A stretch of 64,000 bases of DNA from Marsupella aquatica. Its lineage: Eukaryota > Plantae > Marchantiophyta. Positions 13,280-25,745 of the stretch are shown here, piece after piece. The notes under the pieces were generated by a model. The model ran no database searches. It was not told the origin of the DNA and worked only from the letters and a program-made list of their open reading frames with translations. The position numbers were made by a program, and so were the translations under genes. Location of the stretch: contig OZ316897.1 of assembly GCA_973895155.1 (NCBI GenBank), positions 15,685,375-15,749,374 of the forward strand, given 5' to 3'. The first letter of the stretch is position 1. Every line of letters starts with the position of its first letter.

Positions 13280-14890
13280 AAACACATTAATTTTACTCTT
13301 CCTCGCTAGCAAAAATGCCTGTTTGCTTGTGCCTTAAAACCCTCAAAAGAATTGCAAGAGCTTTCAACCTCTCCTTTCTTTCTTGGTGAGTACCACGTTG
13401 GTTGTTCTCCTATAGTCTGGGTGGGTCTCCATAAACGGCTCCTTATTTGTGCAAATTAGGTGATTTTGCCTGACTTGAATTGCCACCCAGTTCTCATAAA
13501 GTGAAGTGTGGCTTGTTCTCACATTTTAATGGCTAGTATTGGATCTCAGATAACTATAGAATAAAAAGAACTGAACCTAAACGACCTGGTTCTTGGAAAG
13601 CCATCCTTAATAAAAATTGTAAACATTTACTCTTCCTCGCCAGCAAAAATGCTTGTTTTTGCTCAAAAGAATGGCGAGAGCTTCTTTCTTACTTGGTGCG
13701 TATCACTCGGCTTGCTGTCCAAAAGTGTGGGTGGGTCCCTACAAAATGGCTCATTATTCCTGCCAATTAGCTGCTCCTCTCCTCTCCTCTCCGTGCTCCC
13801 CAAGGAACGAAGCAATCCGACTCGATTCTGACTTTTTAATTCATAAGGTATGGTGATGCTACGTGATGCAAGACACTTCGATGCCCAATTTTTGAGGTAG
13901 AAATGAGCTCTTATATGCGCAGCTGTACTTTTAGAACCCTCAAAAGAATGGCGAGTTAGAGCTTTAATTTGGGAGCTCTTCTTTCTTCCTTGGAGGGTGG
14001 AGCAAGTGAATTTGGCGAGAGGCCCTAGAACCAAACCCCCTCACCCCAAGCTTCAAAACATTTATACTCTTCCTCGCTAGCAAAAATGCCTCTTTGCTTG
14101 CACCGTAAAAACCCTCAAAAGAATGGCAAGAGCTTTTAGGACCTCTTCTTTCTTCCTTGCTCCCTACCACCTCTTTGCTTGCACTGTAAAAACCCTCAAA
14201 AGAATGGCAAGAGCTTTCAGGACCTCTTCTTTCTTCCTTGCTCTATACCACATGGCTCGTGCCACTATCCCCAAAGCAAAACCTGGTGGATGTAGGTTAC
14301 TAAAATAAACCAAAAATATGTTCCAAAAATTAAAAATTTGCTCTAACTTGTTAATTTGTCCACCTAGAACCTGGTGGACAGGACAGTGATGTTTTAAAGG
14401 GCCACTGGCCATGACACTACCAGGAAACACCAGGTTTAGCCATTTTTGGGATCCCTTGCCCCTTGGCTTGTTTTTCCTGGGGCCTTTTCCCCTCTTTTCC
14501 TCCCCTTCCCTTCCCTTCCCCTTCATTGGGTTGTGTCTTTGGGATCTTATCTCCAGGTTCGGCGTTTTCTGTCTTTGTGCAGTGTGATATATTTTGGCTG
14601 AAAGTGTGAGAGCAAAGTCTCACCATAGAGCCATAGAGGAGTGAGAAATCTTGGACAGTTCTCCTTTTATCCTGCTTATGGTGGGCCCCTAATGAACGGC
14701 TCATTATTCTTGCCAATTCGCTGCCCCATGCTCCTCTTCTCTCCTCTCTCCTCTCTCCATTCCTCTCCTCGAGGTGGTCCCCAGGAAACGAAGCAATCCC
14801 ACTCGATTCTGACGGTTTAATTCATAGGGTACGGTGATGCTACGCGATGAGATGCGATGCGAGAGACTTTGGATGCCAAAACCCAATGCT
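13280..14890. repeat. Locally duplicated modules between the two HSP70 genes
   Basis: TACTCTTCCTCGC(T/C)AGCAAAAATGC..CTCAAAAGAAT at about 13295, 13628 and 14065; ~80-bp tandem at 14090-14251; block 13745-13890 repeated at 14695-14880. Confidence 0.75.
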
Positions 14891-15563
14891 CATCTCCGCT
14901 TCCAAGTAATTTGATCACGTTTGTAAAAGTCTCGACGGCAACGCAGTTTCCGTATATTTTGTGTCACTCGACGATGATGTCTGTTGCAAGCCAGTCCGTC
15001 GTCTCCTCCCACGCGGCGGCTTTTCTTGAGAGGAACTTCATCTCTCGTCAACATTTTTGGGGAAATGGTGATTGATCAAGCAAACATTATTGTGTCGTTC
15101 CCTTGCCCCTCCATCTTGACGGTTAGGTCGGGAGCTTTTCCTCAAGCATTACAATCCGGAGATTAGACACGAGAGCGAGGAGGATTCAATTCCGGAGTTT
15201 TGGACTCAAGAAATATAGACAGAACGAGGGAGACTGTTGGAAGAGGCTCGACATACAAACAGAGAGAGAGAGACGGAGAGAGAGGGTAGAGGTGGGTTTG
15301 TGGCGGAGCGATGTAGCTTGTACATCAGAAAGCTTGAGGAATAGAGGAGCTGCCATGATTGACCCTACGAACGCATAGGGGAGCAGAAGAGAGTCTGAGT
15401 TCGAAGGTTTTATTACGGTCGGTGGATGATGCACGTGGGTGCGAGGGAGAAATGATTTAACAAGAGAGGGCTGGAGAACGAGGAGTTGGGTGTCGACAGA
15501 GGGCTCTTGAGGCAAATTCCTCTGTACCCCAATCATCTCGGCACGGAACGGTCGTGAGCCAAG

Positions 15564-17150
15564 ATGGTGGTCGGGAAGGAAGAGCAGGAAGTGTACCCGG
15601 CGATAGGCATAGACTTGGGATCCACGTACTCGTGTGTGGGAGTGTGGCAGAACAATTGGGTGGAGATCGTTGTCAACGAGCAGGGCAGCAGGAAAACCCC
15701 TTCGGTCGTGGCCTTCAGGGATGGGGAGCAACTCGTTGGAGATGCAGCAATAAACCAAGCGGCAATGAACACCGCCAACACAATCTACGACTTGAAGAGG
15801 ATCATTGGCCGACGGTTTTCAGAGCCCTCGGTCCAGAGAGACTTGGAGGTCTGGCCATTCACGGTGACTCCTGGACCCAGAGAGCAGCCTCTGATCACCG
15901 TGTCTTCCAATGGTGAAGAAAGGCGGTTCACTGTTGATGAGGTCTGTGCCATACTTCTGAGGAGAATCAAGGAGATATCCGATGAGTTTCTCAAGTGTGA
16001 TGTCAAGGATTGTGTCATAACTGTGCCTGGCAACTTCAGGATGGCACAGAGGTGGGCCATTGCCAACGCGGGGAAATTGGCGGGATTGAATGTGTTGAGG
16101 ATTGTGAACGAGCCCAGCGCTGCGGCATGTGCCTACGCATTGCACAGAGATTCTGTTATGACGGGAGGAGAGTCAAATCTCCTTATTTTTGACCTCGGTG
16201 GAGGGACTTTGAGTGTGGCTGTGGTGACGGTGGAGGAAGGGATCATTGAAGTCAAGGCATTGGCTGGGGATTCCCACTTGGGAGGAGCAGATTTTGACAA
16301 GCGTATGGTGGGGTATTTTGTGAAAGAGTTCAAAACCAAACAGGGGAGAGACATCACTGGCAGTGCCCGGGCCATGAGGAAGCTGGAGGCGGCCTGTGAG
16401 AGGGCCAAACGGAGCCTCTCAGTCGCAAGGAGAAGTGCAGTTGACATTGATGCTCTTTTTGAAGGCATCGATTTCTACTCCACCATCACTCGGGAAGTTT
16501 TTGAGGAGATTAATATGGATTTATTTGAGAAGTGTCTTGAGCCCGTTGAGAGATGCCTGAGAGACTCTCGCATTCCAAAGAATGACATTCACAACGTTGT
16601 GCTTGTTGGTGGCTCCAGCCGCATTCCCAAGATTCAAGAGTTATTGCAGAAGTTCTTTGATGGTAAGGAGCTGTGCAAGTCTCATGTAAATCCGGATGAA
16701 GCTGTGGCTTTTGGTGCCGGTATCCTTGCTGGAGTCTTGGTGGGCAGTGAGGATGAAAAATTGAAACCGTTTATGTGCATCGAGGTTACTCCAAGATCTT
16801 TAGGTCTTGAGATCGCTGGAGGACCAATGGTTGCAGTGATTCCCCGAAACACTTCCATTCCCACTTACAATTCTGTGGACTTCATCACTTACCCGAGTTA
16901 CGGAACTTGTGTGCTGGTTGAGGTTTACGAGGGAGAGGAGGAACGCGCTGCAGATAACGACCTCGTTGGAGTCTATGAGCTGAGAGACCTTCCGCCAGCT
17001 CCTCCAGGTGGCCTGCACATAGTTGTGACCTTTGATGTCGATGCAAACGCCTTTCTCAAAGTCAAGGCTCACATCCAGGACGGAGCGAATATTACGTGTG
17101 TTCCGATGCTTCCATCCACGCCACTCTATCCAATGGTGACAGGGTCATAG
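15564..17150 (+). CDS. HSP70: Divergent cytosolic-type HSP70, intronless, lacking lid and EEVD (copy 2, 528 aa)
   Basis: IGIDLGSTYS, YDLKRIIG, IVNEPSAAA, DLGGGTL, VLVGGSSRIPK, VNPDEAVAFG; ends ..PSTPLYPMVTGS*. Confidence 0.92.
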   Translation: MVVGKEEQEVYPAIGIDLGSTYSCVGVWQNNWVEIVVNEQGSRKTPSVVAFRDGEQLVGDAAINQAAMNTANTIYDLKRIIGRRFSEPSVQRDLEVWPFTVTPGPREQPLITVSSNGEERRFTVDEVCAILLRRIKEISDEFLKCDVKDCVITVPGNFRMAQRWAIANAGKLAGLNVLRIVNEPSAAACAYALHRDSVMTGGESNLLIFDLGGGTLSVAVVTVEEGIIEVKALAGDSHLGGADFDKRMVGYFVKEFKTKQGRDITGSARAMRKLEAACERAKRSLSVARRSAVDIDALFEGIDFYSTITREVFEEINMDLFEKCLEPVERCLRDSRIPKNDIHNVVLVGGSSRIPKIQELLQKFFDGKELCKSHVNPDEAVAFGAGILAGVLVGSEDEKLKPFMCIEVTPRSLGLEIAGGPMVAVIPRNTSIPTYNSVDFITYPSYGTCVLVEVYEGEEERAADNDLVGVYELRDLPPAPPGGLHIVVTFDVDANAFLKVKAHIQDGANITCVPMLPSTPLYPMVTGS

Positions 17151-19920
17151 TTGCAGCAGAGGTTCAAAATGGATTCTGGATACGAATATTGCACCTCGGG
17201 CTTTGCAAGTTTCCCAAATTCATTGCTTTTTGTGAGTCCCTGCTACTTACTCTGCCTACTCTTCCTGTGATCAAATGAGCCCTATATTCGTTCTTTGTCT
17301 CTTGTCGGTCAAGGTCCTCTTCAGACAGAATGATGTGTTGGGAATGTGACCAGGCAACACGGCAGTTCTTGGGAACTCGGTTGTCATAGCATGGATGAAC
17401 TGGAGTCGCTGACGTAAATGATACTGTCCCCCTGGAGATGTCTTAGTTTTACTTTTCCTCTCCTTGACATATATTTTCAGTTCGTTTGACGAGTGAGACG
17501 GATGCAAATTCTTGGGGCCCCCACAAATGCAAGTATCCTGTTCGGTCGCTTCGCTCCTTGCAAATACAGTACATAGCGCTCTGCGAGATACTGTTCAGAT
17601 CATGTGCATTGAGTAAGCAGATCAGAACCTGACAAACCAGCCGACTTTTGTGCACGATATACTTTGGCTCACTATCTGTTGGATTGTGCCCGGAAATTCG
17701 GTCTTAGCTGTGGCCTTGTCAATTTCTACGAGTTAGGTTCTTCCCAGGCACTTGTCATGGTATGACATTTCTTCAGTAGCCTACTCACTGGACCCAATCT
17801 ACGGAATAGCTGATTACATAAGATCATATACTATAAGATCGTTTCCCGCTGGATTTCTCGCTTAGCAACACTGCGATTGGAAGTTGCCCTATGGTTTTGA
17901 AGTGTTGACAACTAGATTTGTTGATCTGTTTCTGGTCAATTTGCCTCTTCTTTGCCGTCGTTTTTATATCGGTAGCCAATGATTTTATTTTGAAATCCAC
18001 AAAAGTGTTTTAGATACATGGAAGTCTAGAACCTACATCACATCCTGAGATGCACGACACCGCTGTGCAATGCTGACGCATGTATCTAACGATCATTTAC
18101 CATATAACACCACATTCGGATGTGAAGATTGTGCCGAAGATATTAGAAAATATCTCATGCACGGAATAATTCTAAAGCAAGGGATTCTTGAAATCGAGCT
18201 CTCTATCAGTGAAAGTGATCCGCCACTGAACTGACGCTGATGGTTGTTTTGCAGAAATGAAGAGCGCCCGGTCATGCAGCAAATTCATATCGCAGATGTC
18301 CCACATACTTCGAGTGATGTGTGCGCAACCGAAAGCTTGTAAAGATCCCCGAGGAATAATGTATCACAATTTTTCATATGTTGACTGTTCTGGATCGCCA
18401 TCTCCTGATCTGTAGGGCCTCAGTACAATCCAGTCACTTCAGGACGGTTAATTGGCCCTCTGCTCTCGGTTAGTAAGGACAGTAGCAACATTATGATTGT
18501 TATGTATAGTTGTACCAACACATTGAAGAATTCTCATTTATTTACTTAGACATTCGAAGATAGATTTCAGATGCAGATACAGGAAGTTCACTTTAGGTTC
18601 TGGAGGGATAGCTTAAGGGTTCTGTCATGGGAGTCTTCTCGTTATTGAAGAAGTATTTTGCTTTTGTCAGACACGAGGCCGGTACTGTAGCAAGGGTTGT
18701 TCCTTCTGAGTCCATTACTCAAAGACATGTCAGGGCTGGAAACCTGCCTCTTGTGTCCTGACAGGTATTCGTTCTCGCATCAACTGGGATCATAGTGTTA
18801 TCTTGTGATGACGCGTTGGATCAGCTGATCTAGAGGAGAAGGTACAGATTCAGGCTGACAGGATTTGTAGCGAAATGCATCCCGTGCTTAAGCGCGTGTA
18901 GTGTGAGGTTTGTGTCACTGGGTGTCCTTTCTATCCGAGCTCTTCTGGCCACAGTAGTTGAGATGATTAGAAACATAACACATGGCTAGAGAAATGCCTA
19001 ACTGTCCTCTTTTGCGTCTTCATTGGGATTACTGTTTACTGACGCGGGTTAAGTGCAGTGGAGCTACTAAAATTGATTTCATGAACTTAATAATGTCAAA
19101 AGACGATATCTGCAGCCTGGGTATACTCCTAATGTTTCATATTTAGCCCATTGACATTAGTGCTGTCTTGGCTTGAAGGGTTGTAGTGTCATCCAAGAGA
19201 AACGTGCTTTGATGAGTAATCGTATGGCAAACTTGCATCGATTATTTCCGAAGGCACAGTCAATAGAACGAGAGACATTTTATTTTGATCGTACTTCGGA
19301 GATTTTGCATTTGGTTTCTCATTGAGCACTCAAAGCCAGTTTGCGCTACACCAATCCTTGCAAAGACGGTATCTGATGTGATGGTTGAAGATATTTCACA
19401 AGCTATTTGTTAGACGTGGATGCTTTTTGGAGAAGCTAAAGGGACTTCTGCAGACCGCATCATCACGCCTCTGCGTTTGAAAGGGAAGGAAAAGATCCTC
19501 TCCGATTCCATGGACTATTGAATGCTCAAACTCGAGTAGGAAAGTACATCTACCACTTCACAACTCTCCTCGAAACGTAAAAGAAAACTCAGTCTGTGAC
19601 TTTGTCTCTGCAGTTGAATTTGATCATGTCCTTCAATTTCACCAGTTTCAGCTAGAGATTCGAAACAAGGCAACAACTAGCGCATATTTGCAAAAGCCTC
19701 GTCACCAAAATCTGACGAGGAAATCAGGAAGAGGTATCTGAACTTTGCTTTTCTCCATATCAAGCCCGAAGCTTCATTTTTCGCACATGTCAAGATAGCT
19801 TTCCTGTCAAATGCTATCCAGCGAACCTAGGAATTCAACGGTTGTCAACACTCACTCTGACCAACGAGTTTTTTTCCCAATTGCTTGTCAGTGAGAGTAC
19901 CTGACGGATTCGGAATGGCT

Positions 19921-20327
19921 GTCACTATGGTTGCTCGCAAAATCGGTGAATCGATGAACAGTTTACTGCTGGTTACAACGCCAAATTGCACGGTCTGGGC
20001 TGCCAGTGAGAACTGTTAACAGCAGTCACTTTCCAGCTGGCACAGAGAGCTTTCAATTTGGTCACCAGTAATCACCACAAGAACACACGCGATCTCTAAT
20101 ATGGTGAAATGGATGAACAGCCTATTGCTCGTTACATTGAAGAATCTGGGCTGCCAGTGACTGTCCCTTTCCCGCCAGCACAAGAAGGCTTTCAATCTGG
20201 TCACCAGTAATCACCACAAGAACACAAGCCATCTCTAAAATGGTGAAATCCCGCCAGCACAAGAAGGCTTTCAATCTGGTCACCAGTAATCACCACAAGA
20301 ACACAAGCCATCTCTAAAATGGTGAAA
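19921..20327 (-). repeat. Tandem copies of the DYW-terminal codons and start of the 3'UTR
   Basis: Exact 79-bp tandem 20170-20248/20249-20327. Older copy at 20062-20110 (FHHIRDRVCSCGDYW*). Decayed copy near 19921-19960. Confidence 0.85.
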
Positions 20328-23300
20328 GCGATTTGCATCCCTCGCTATAATTTCGCGTCGTGTCACCTTCGAGACCAACTTGGTTGCGTTATGGCAATCT
20401 GGACACACCCGAAGGTTCTTCCTTACATGTATTGGTTCTCCCCGAGGTACGTGCATAAGTCCGTAAGCAATAGCCAACCTCTCACTGTGAGAGCAAAGAG
20501 CTACTTCCTTATCCTCCTCATTGATATCATGCAACACAAGCCGGGTATCCGGAATGTAACCTTCAGCCTTAAGTTTCTTAGTCAAATTATTCAGCTCAGT
20601 ATATATCGCCTTCGCTTCTGGGTGAGATGTATCCCCTGCAACAAATTCATGGATCTTCTTATCAACTTCAATCCAGCTACGCCCTGGCTCCTTCCGCACA
20701 CCTCTCTTTTGCATCAATCTGCGCACCAATGAAACCTTCTCCCACTTGCCAGCTGCTCCATAGATGTTGGAGAGGAGCACATATGCGGCGGCATTATTGG
20801 GATCCAACTTAAAAAGTTCGTTTGCGGACAGTTCACCCAACTCCACATTACCATAAGTTCTACAAGCACCCAACAAGGCTGTCCAAGTTACTACACCTGG
20901 TTCAACTGGCATGTCACTAATGAACCGCATTGCTTCCTCCAAGTGTCCAGCTCGCCCAAGAAGATCCACCATGCAGGTATAATGCACAATGTTAGGATCG
21001 ATGCTGTAATCTTCCTTCATAGCTGAAAAGAGTCTACGACCGGTATCAAGAAGGCCTCCATGACAACACGCTGATAACACTGCTACAAATGTAGTCCCGT
21101 TGGGCTTCACAAGCTCCGCATTCATTTTCCTGAACAGTGACAGGGCTTCCAGACCACATCCATGGTATGCAAGTCCACCAATCATGGTAGTCCATGTGAA
21201 TACATCACGTTTCTCCATTTTGTCGAAAACTTGTCGGGCAACATCTATTCTCCCACTCTCTGCATACATGTGAACCAGTGCAGTGCCCACACGCAAATCT
21301 GACTCCAGTCCCGCTTTACTAGCATGGCCATGAACGTCCTCCACCCACTCCAAAGCCCCCGCACTAGCAGAGGCATTGAGAAGACTCACATAAGTGAATG
21401 CATTTGGTTCAAAGCCTTCCCGTTGCATTCGGAGAAACAGTTGATATGCTTCATGCCCACATCCATGCTGTGCAAGTCCACCGATCATTACAGTCCATGT
21501 AACTATAGAACGTCTCTCCATTCTGTCAAAAATCAATCGGGCCTCATCTACAGTGCCACTCCTTGCATACATGTGAACCAGTGCATTGGCAACACGCAAA
21601 TCTGAGTCCAATCCCGCTTTGCTAGCATGGCCATGAACCTCCTTCACCCAGTCCAAAGCCCCTGCACTTGCAGATGCATTCAGGATGCTCATATAAGTGA
21701 TTGCATTCGGTTCAAAGCCTTCCCGTCGCATTTGGAGAAATAGTCGATATGCTTCAAGCCCACATCCATGTTGTGCAAGTCCACCGATCATTCCATTCCA
21801 TGTGACTACATCGCGTTTCTCCATTCTGCCGAAAAGTCGTCGTGCGTCATTTATACTGCCACTCTCGGCATACATGTGAACCAGTGCATTACCCACACGC
21901 AAATCTGACTCCAATCCCGCTCTGCTAGCATGGCCATGAACCTCCTTCACCCACTCCAGAGCCCCCACACTTGCAGATGCATTCAGGATGCTCATATAAG
22001 TGATTACATTTGGTTCGAAGCCTTCCCTTCTCATTTGGAGAAACAATTCATATGCTTCCACACCACGACCACATTCTGCGTATGCTCCAATCATGATGTT
22101 CCATGTGATGACATCGCGATTGGTCAAATCTTCAAAAACTCGCCTTGCGTCCGGGATGCACCCACACTTTGCATACATCTTGAGGAGTGCAGTCCCAACT
22201 CGCACATCTGATTCAAAGCCAGCATGTCGGATCCACTCGTGAATTTGTTTTCCCCACGTTAGAGCTAATGGGCTGGCACATGCCTTCAGGAGACACAGAT
22301 ATGTGACCTCATCAGGCAGCACGCCATCCTTGCGCATTAGTGTGAAGAGTTCCAGTGCGGATTCAGTATCATCGCTCCTAGAATATCCTGTAATCATCAT
22401 GTTCCAAGTACTAACACTCTTACTATCGATTTCATCAAAAACTCGCCGCGCATCCCACAGTTCCCCACATTGGATGTACACATTCACAAGGGAGCCCGCC
22501 ACATATGGATTCTTATCCATTCCAGTCTTAATGATGCAGTCATGAACCTGCTTGGCCGTTAAAAGGTCTTTGTGCTTCGAACACCTTCTCAGAACATCCA
22601 CGTACGTGTAGGAGTTGACGGTAATACCTCGTTGTAGACGATTCGTCAATTTAGAAAGTGCTTCACTCGCGGTACCAGCGCTATGCATGTGCGTACTGCC
22701 ATTCCCTTGTGCAGTGTCTGGAGACCGATCTCTCCTGCCATAATTGGCAAGAGATTGCAATATGCCTCCTGGGGTTGACCGGCCATCATTCCAAAGTGTC
22801 TTCCTGAGCTGCTCCTCGGTTTTCGGGACTTCATGTGATACATGCTGCGCTCCTACTCCAGCTTCGATTGGCTTACTGAAATTTGGGTTTGAATTGCTAG
22901 AAGCAGTTCTGTTCGACCATCTTCGGAGAGGTTGTTTACCAGGCATGGAGCTCGTTTCAAGCCTTGGATCAAGTCGTCCATTAATTGCACTTGGGGGTCG
23001 CTGATCAGATGTCGTCTTCTCCGCTCGCCAGGACTTTCTATGCCCTGAGACAGTGCTCACTGTGGGTACTGACTTAGAGCTAGCCCTCAAACCCGGCTGG
23101 ACAGCTTCGAGCGTTGATGACGAAGTAATTTGCTTTAAATTCCCAGGAGCATTCAAGTCCCGCGTCTTGCTCTGATCTACGCTTGCTTGGGAAGGGAATT
23201 GAGGCTCAAGTGCAGTGAGGAGCTGGGTGACTGGAAAGGAATAATTCCCTGGGCGTCGATGACCTTCGTCACACGGTCGATTGCAAGACTGTACATCAAC

Positions 23301-24072
23301 AGTTCGCTTCGGTTCGCTGCTGGGATACAAATTGAATCCTTCCTTAACCTTTTCCTTCGGCCATGGCCTATGCTGTTTCAGCACTCTGGCATCTCCATAA
23401 AAAGAAGATGGGAAATGCATCAAACAAAAACTGCCATGTAATTTATTAGCCAGAAGAAGCACCCTATGGCTCTGATGCCTGAAAAAATGGAAACATACAA
23501 TTTAGAAGTTAGAGGGAAGGAAAATGGTGGGCAATGCTCTACAATCTAAAGAAGCGACGAAGGACTGTGTGCATCGGAGACACTTTTGTGAGAAGGGAAG
23601 GGAAGCATTCCTCCATTGAATTCACAGGAGATTTATTCCCATTAGCCTATGTCCAACCCTAAGTTCGAGTACCTCCTAATGAATAAAAATGAGCCACTGA
23701 AGGAGTTAACAGAGGCAAATTATAGATTTGAAAATGTGCGGAAAATTTTCCCAAGTGTAGCAACAGAAGAATCAGAAACGAAATCTAAGCGAAGGTCACA
23801 AGCAGACAGTAATGCCTATTTACGTCCAGAAGGACAGAAAGTAATCAACAACGGAGCAAAAAAATGAAATGTAGATAAAAACCTTGGGATCAACCTAACC
23901 TGATGTTATGCGAGGAATGCTGGCGACCCCGTTGACAGTGTCGACAATACTGGAACGAGAGGACGATGGAGCAAGAGGAGAGGTGCGGGGCCTGCTGCTG
24001 CTGAGGCAGTATCTGCACCGGCGCCCCGAACCCCGGCAGGATGAAGCTGCCTCCTTTCATGACTTCACTCAT
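20280..24072 (-). CDS. PLS-class PPR protein with E1-E2-DYW deaminase domain (organellar C-to-U RNA editing factor)
   Basis: Exon 1 24072-23900 (MSEVMKGGSF..HNIR, AG|GT donor, phase 2) joins exon 2 23478-20280 (TTTTTTCAG acceptor) in frame. 17 PPR motifs (L-S-[P-L-S]x4-P2-L2-S2), PG box PGRSWIEV, HSERLA, CPDCH, terminal CSCGDYW. Confidence 0.93.
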
Positions 24073-24306
24073 AGCTAGCAACCCAACTCCTCCACACTTC
24101 CCTCAATGAACCCGCTCTCGCATTTTTCCCTTCTCTCCCTAAAAATTGAACTCCCTGATACAGAATTTCCGGCAGGATGAAGCTGCTTCCTTTCATCACT
24201 TCACTCATAGCTAGCAATCCCTCTCCTCCACACTTCCCTCAATGAACCCGCTCTCGCATTTTTCCCTTCTCTCCCTAAACATTGAACTCCCTGGTACAGA
24301 ATTTCC
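24033..24306. repeat. 136-bp tandem duplication spanning the PPR start codon
   Basis: Unit CCGGCAGGATGAAGCTGC..CAGAATTTC starts at 24033 and at 24169; a few substitutions. Confidence 0.9.
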
Positions 24307-24869
24307 TTCACTCGCCTTCCGCCCACGTCCACCCCTGCTCTGCTCGAAGACCAATGCCCCCCGGCTCTGCGCTTCCGCCATTCTGCCATTGAGATGGGTG
24401 CAACCGAATCTCAATCCAGTTCAACATCTGCAGTAATCGAACGCAAATTTGGTGCCTGCGAGCTACTGTAGCTCGATCTCCCACCAGCTAACGAGCTTAA
24501 ACCCCAGATCTTTTGTTCACCCAAATGAAGAGCTTAGAAATTTGATGCACTAGCTTAAGGTGAGTACATTCAAGCATGTGCTGCCATTTTCCATTTTGAG
24601 AGACGCACTCTTCCCTGTCCAAGTTCCTGCAATTTCACAAACTCACTCTCCCCATCTAAAGTTTCACACTTGGATGGTGCCATTTCTTGTTATCGTGTCA
24701 GACTTTGGAGGAAGAAAAACAAAGTGTTACAGCTCAATGGAGAGTCGTGGTAAACTCAATGGAGAGTCATGGTGAACTGGTTGTTTTGAGTCCAGTATTA
24801 GCACTTGACACAAACTTGACACAAAGAGAAGCAAAGAAGCTAGAAACACTACCAGTAGTGCCAAGAGAG

Positions 24870-25052
24870 AGATTGTTAAGATATTTGGTATAGCCCGTCT
24901 ATCTAGAGTGCTGTAAAACTCTTGTGTGTTCCTCTTGTGTGTTCAAGTGGATATAGTTTCATATGAAGATGAACCACATATTTCTCTATGTCAATTACTT
25001 GATTGTTGGATGATTATGGGCATGCCATTATAAATGTCATCTTTGTTCAACA
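24870..25052 (+). mobile_element. Old degenerate LTR fragment of the Copia-A family
   Basis: CTAGAGTGCTGTAAAACTCTTGTGTGTTC..GATGAACCACATATTTCTCT..GTCATCTTTGTTCAACA aligns to the 3' half of LTR 31834-32177 with many transitions. Confidence 0.7.
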
Positions 25053-25149
25053 AAATCTGTGTAATCACATTTTTGTCTTGGCTAGTGGTGGTTTAAGTAG
25101 GCACTTAAGAGTAGATTCAATTGCAATTATATAATTAGACTGGTTCATT

Positions 25150-25745
25150 ACCATGCATTGCACAAAAGATTAGGGTGACATGAAAGATGTTATGCAAAGT
25201 TGTTCATTAGCATTGCTTTGCACAAAAGATGTTGATGCTTAAAAGATGTTACACAAAAATGTTGATGTGTAAAAGATGATGTTGCACAAAAACTTCTATT
25301 GCATAAAAGATGTCGCCATGGAAACAAAATTGTTGATGATGTTACATGAAAGATATCGTTCTGAAAATTATACCAATTTGCAAAAGATTGCATAAAAGAT
25401 GTTATTTAAAAAAGTTGATGTGTAAAAGCGGGTGTAAAAGATGCTGTTGCACAAAATCTTCCATTGCGTAAATGATGTTGTGGAAACAATGTTGTTGCAT
25501 TAAAGCTGTCCTTGTGAAAAAAATACCATTTTGCCAAAGATGTCATGAAGGAAAAAACTATGTTACTTGACATAAGTTGTTGGGTGAAAATGGTACTTGC
25601 ATAAAAGATGTCACTGCATACAAAAGATCATTCCACAAAAGAGATTCCTTTCTTTAGGGTTTCATTGCATAGAAGACATTGCATAAAAGATGGCATGAAA
25701 GGAAAGACATTTTTTTTAAAACCGACACTAGCCAAGACAAAAATG
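25150..25745. repeat. Degenerate AT-rich short-period repeat
   Basis: Recurrent (A)AAAGATG(T/A)TG / TTGCA(C/T)AAAA units. Confidence 0.55.

Noticed and set aside
17270-19900. Possible pseudogene between HSP70 copy 2 and the PPR gene
   Set aside because: No coherent frame or recognisable motif.
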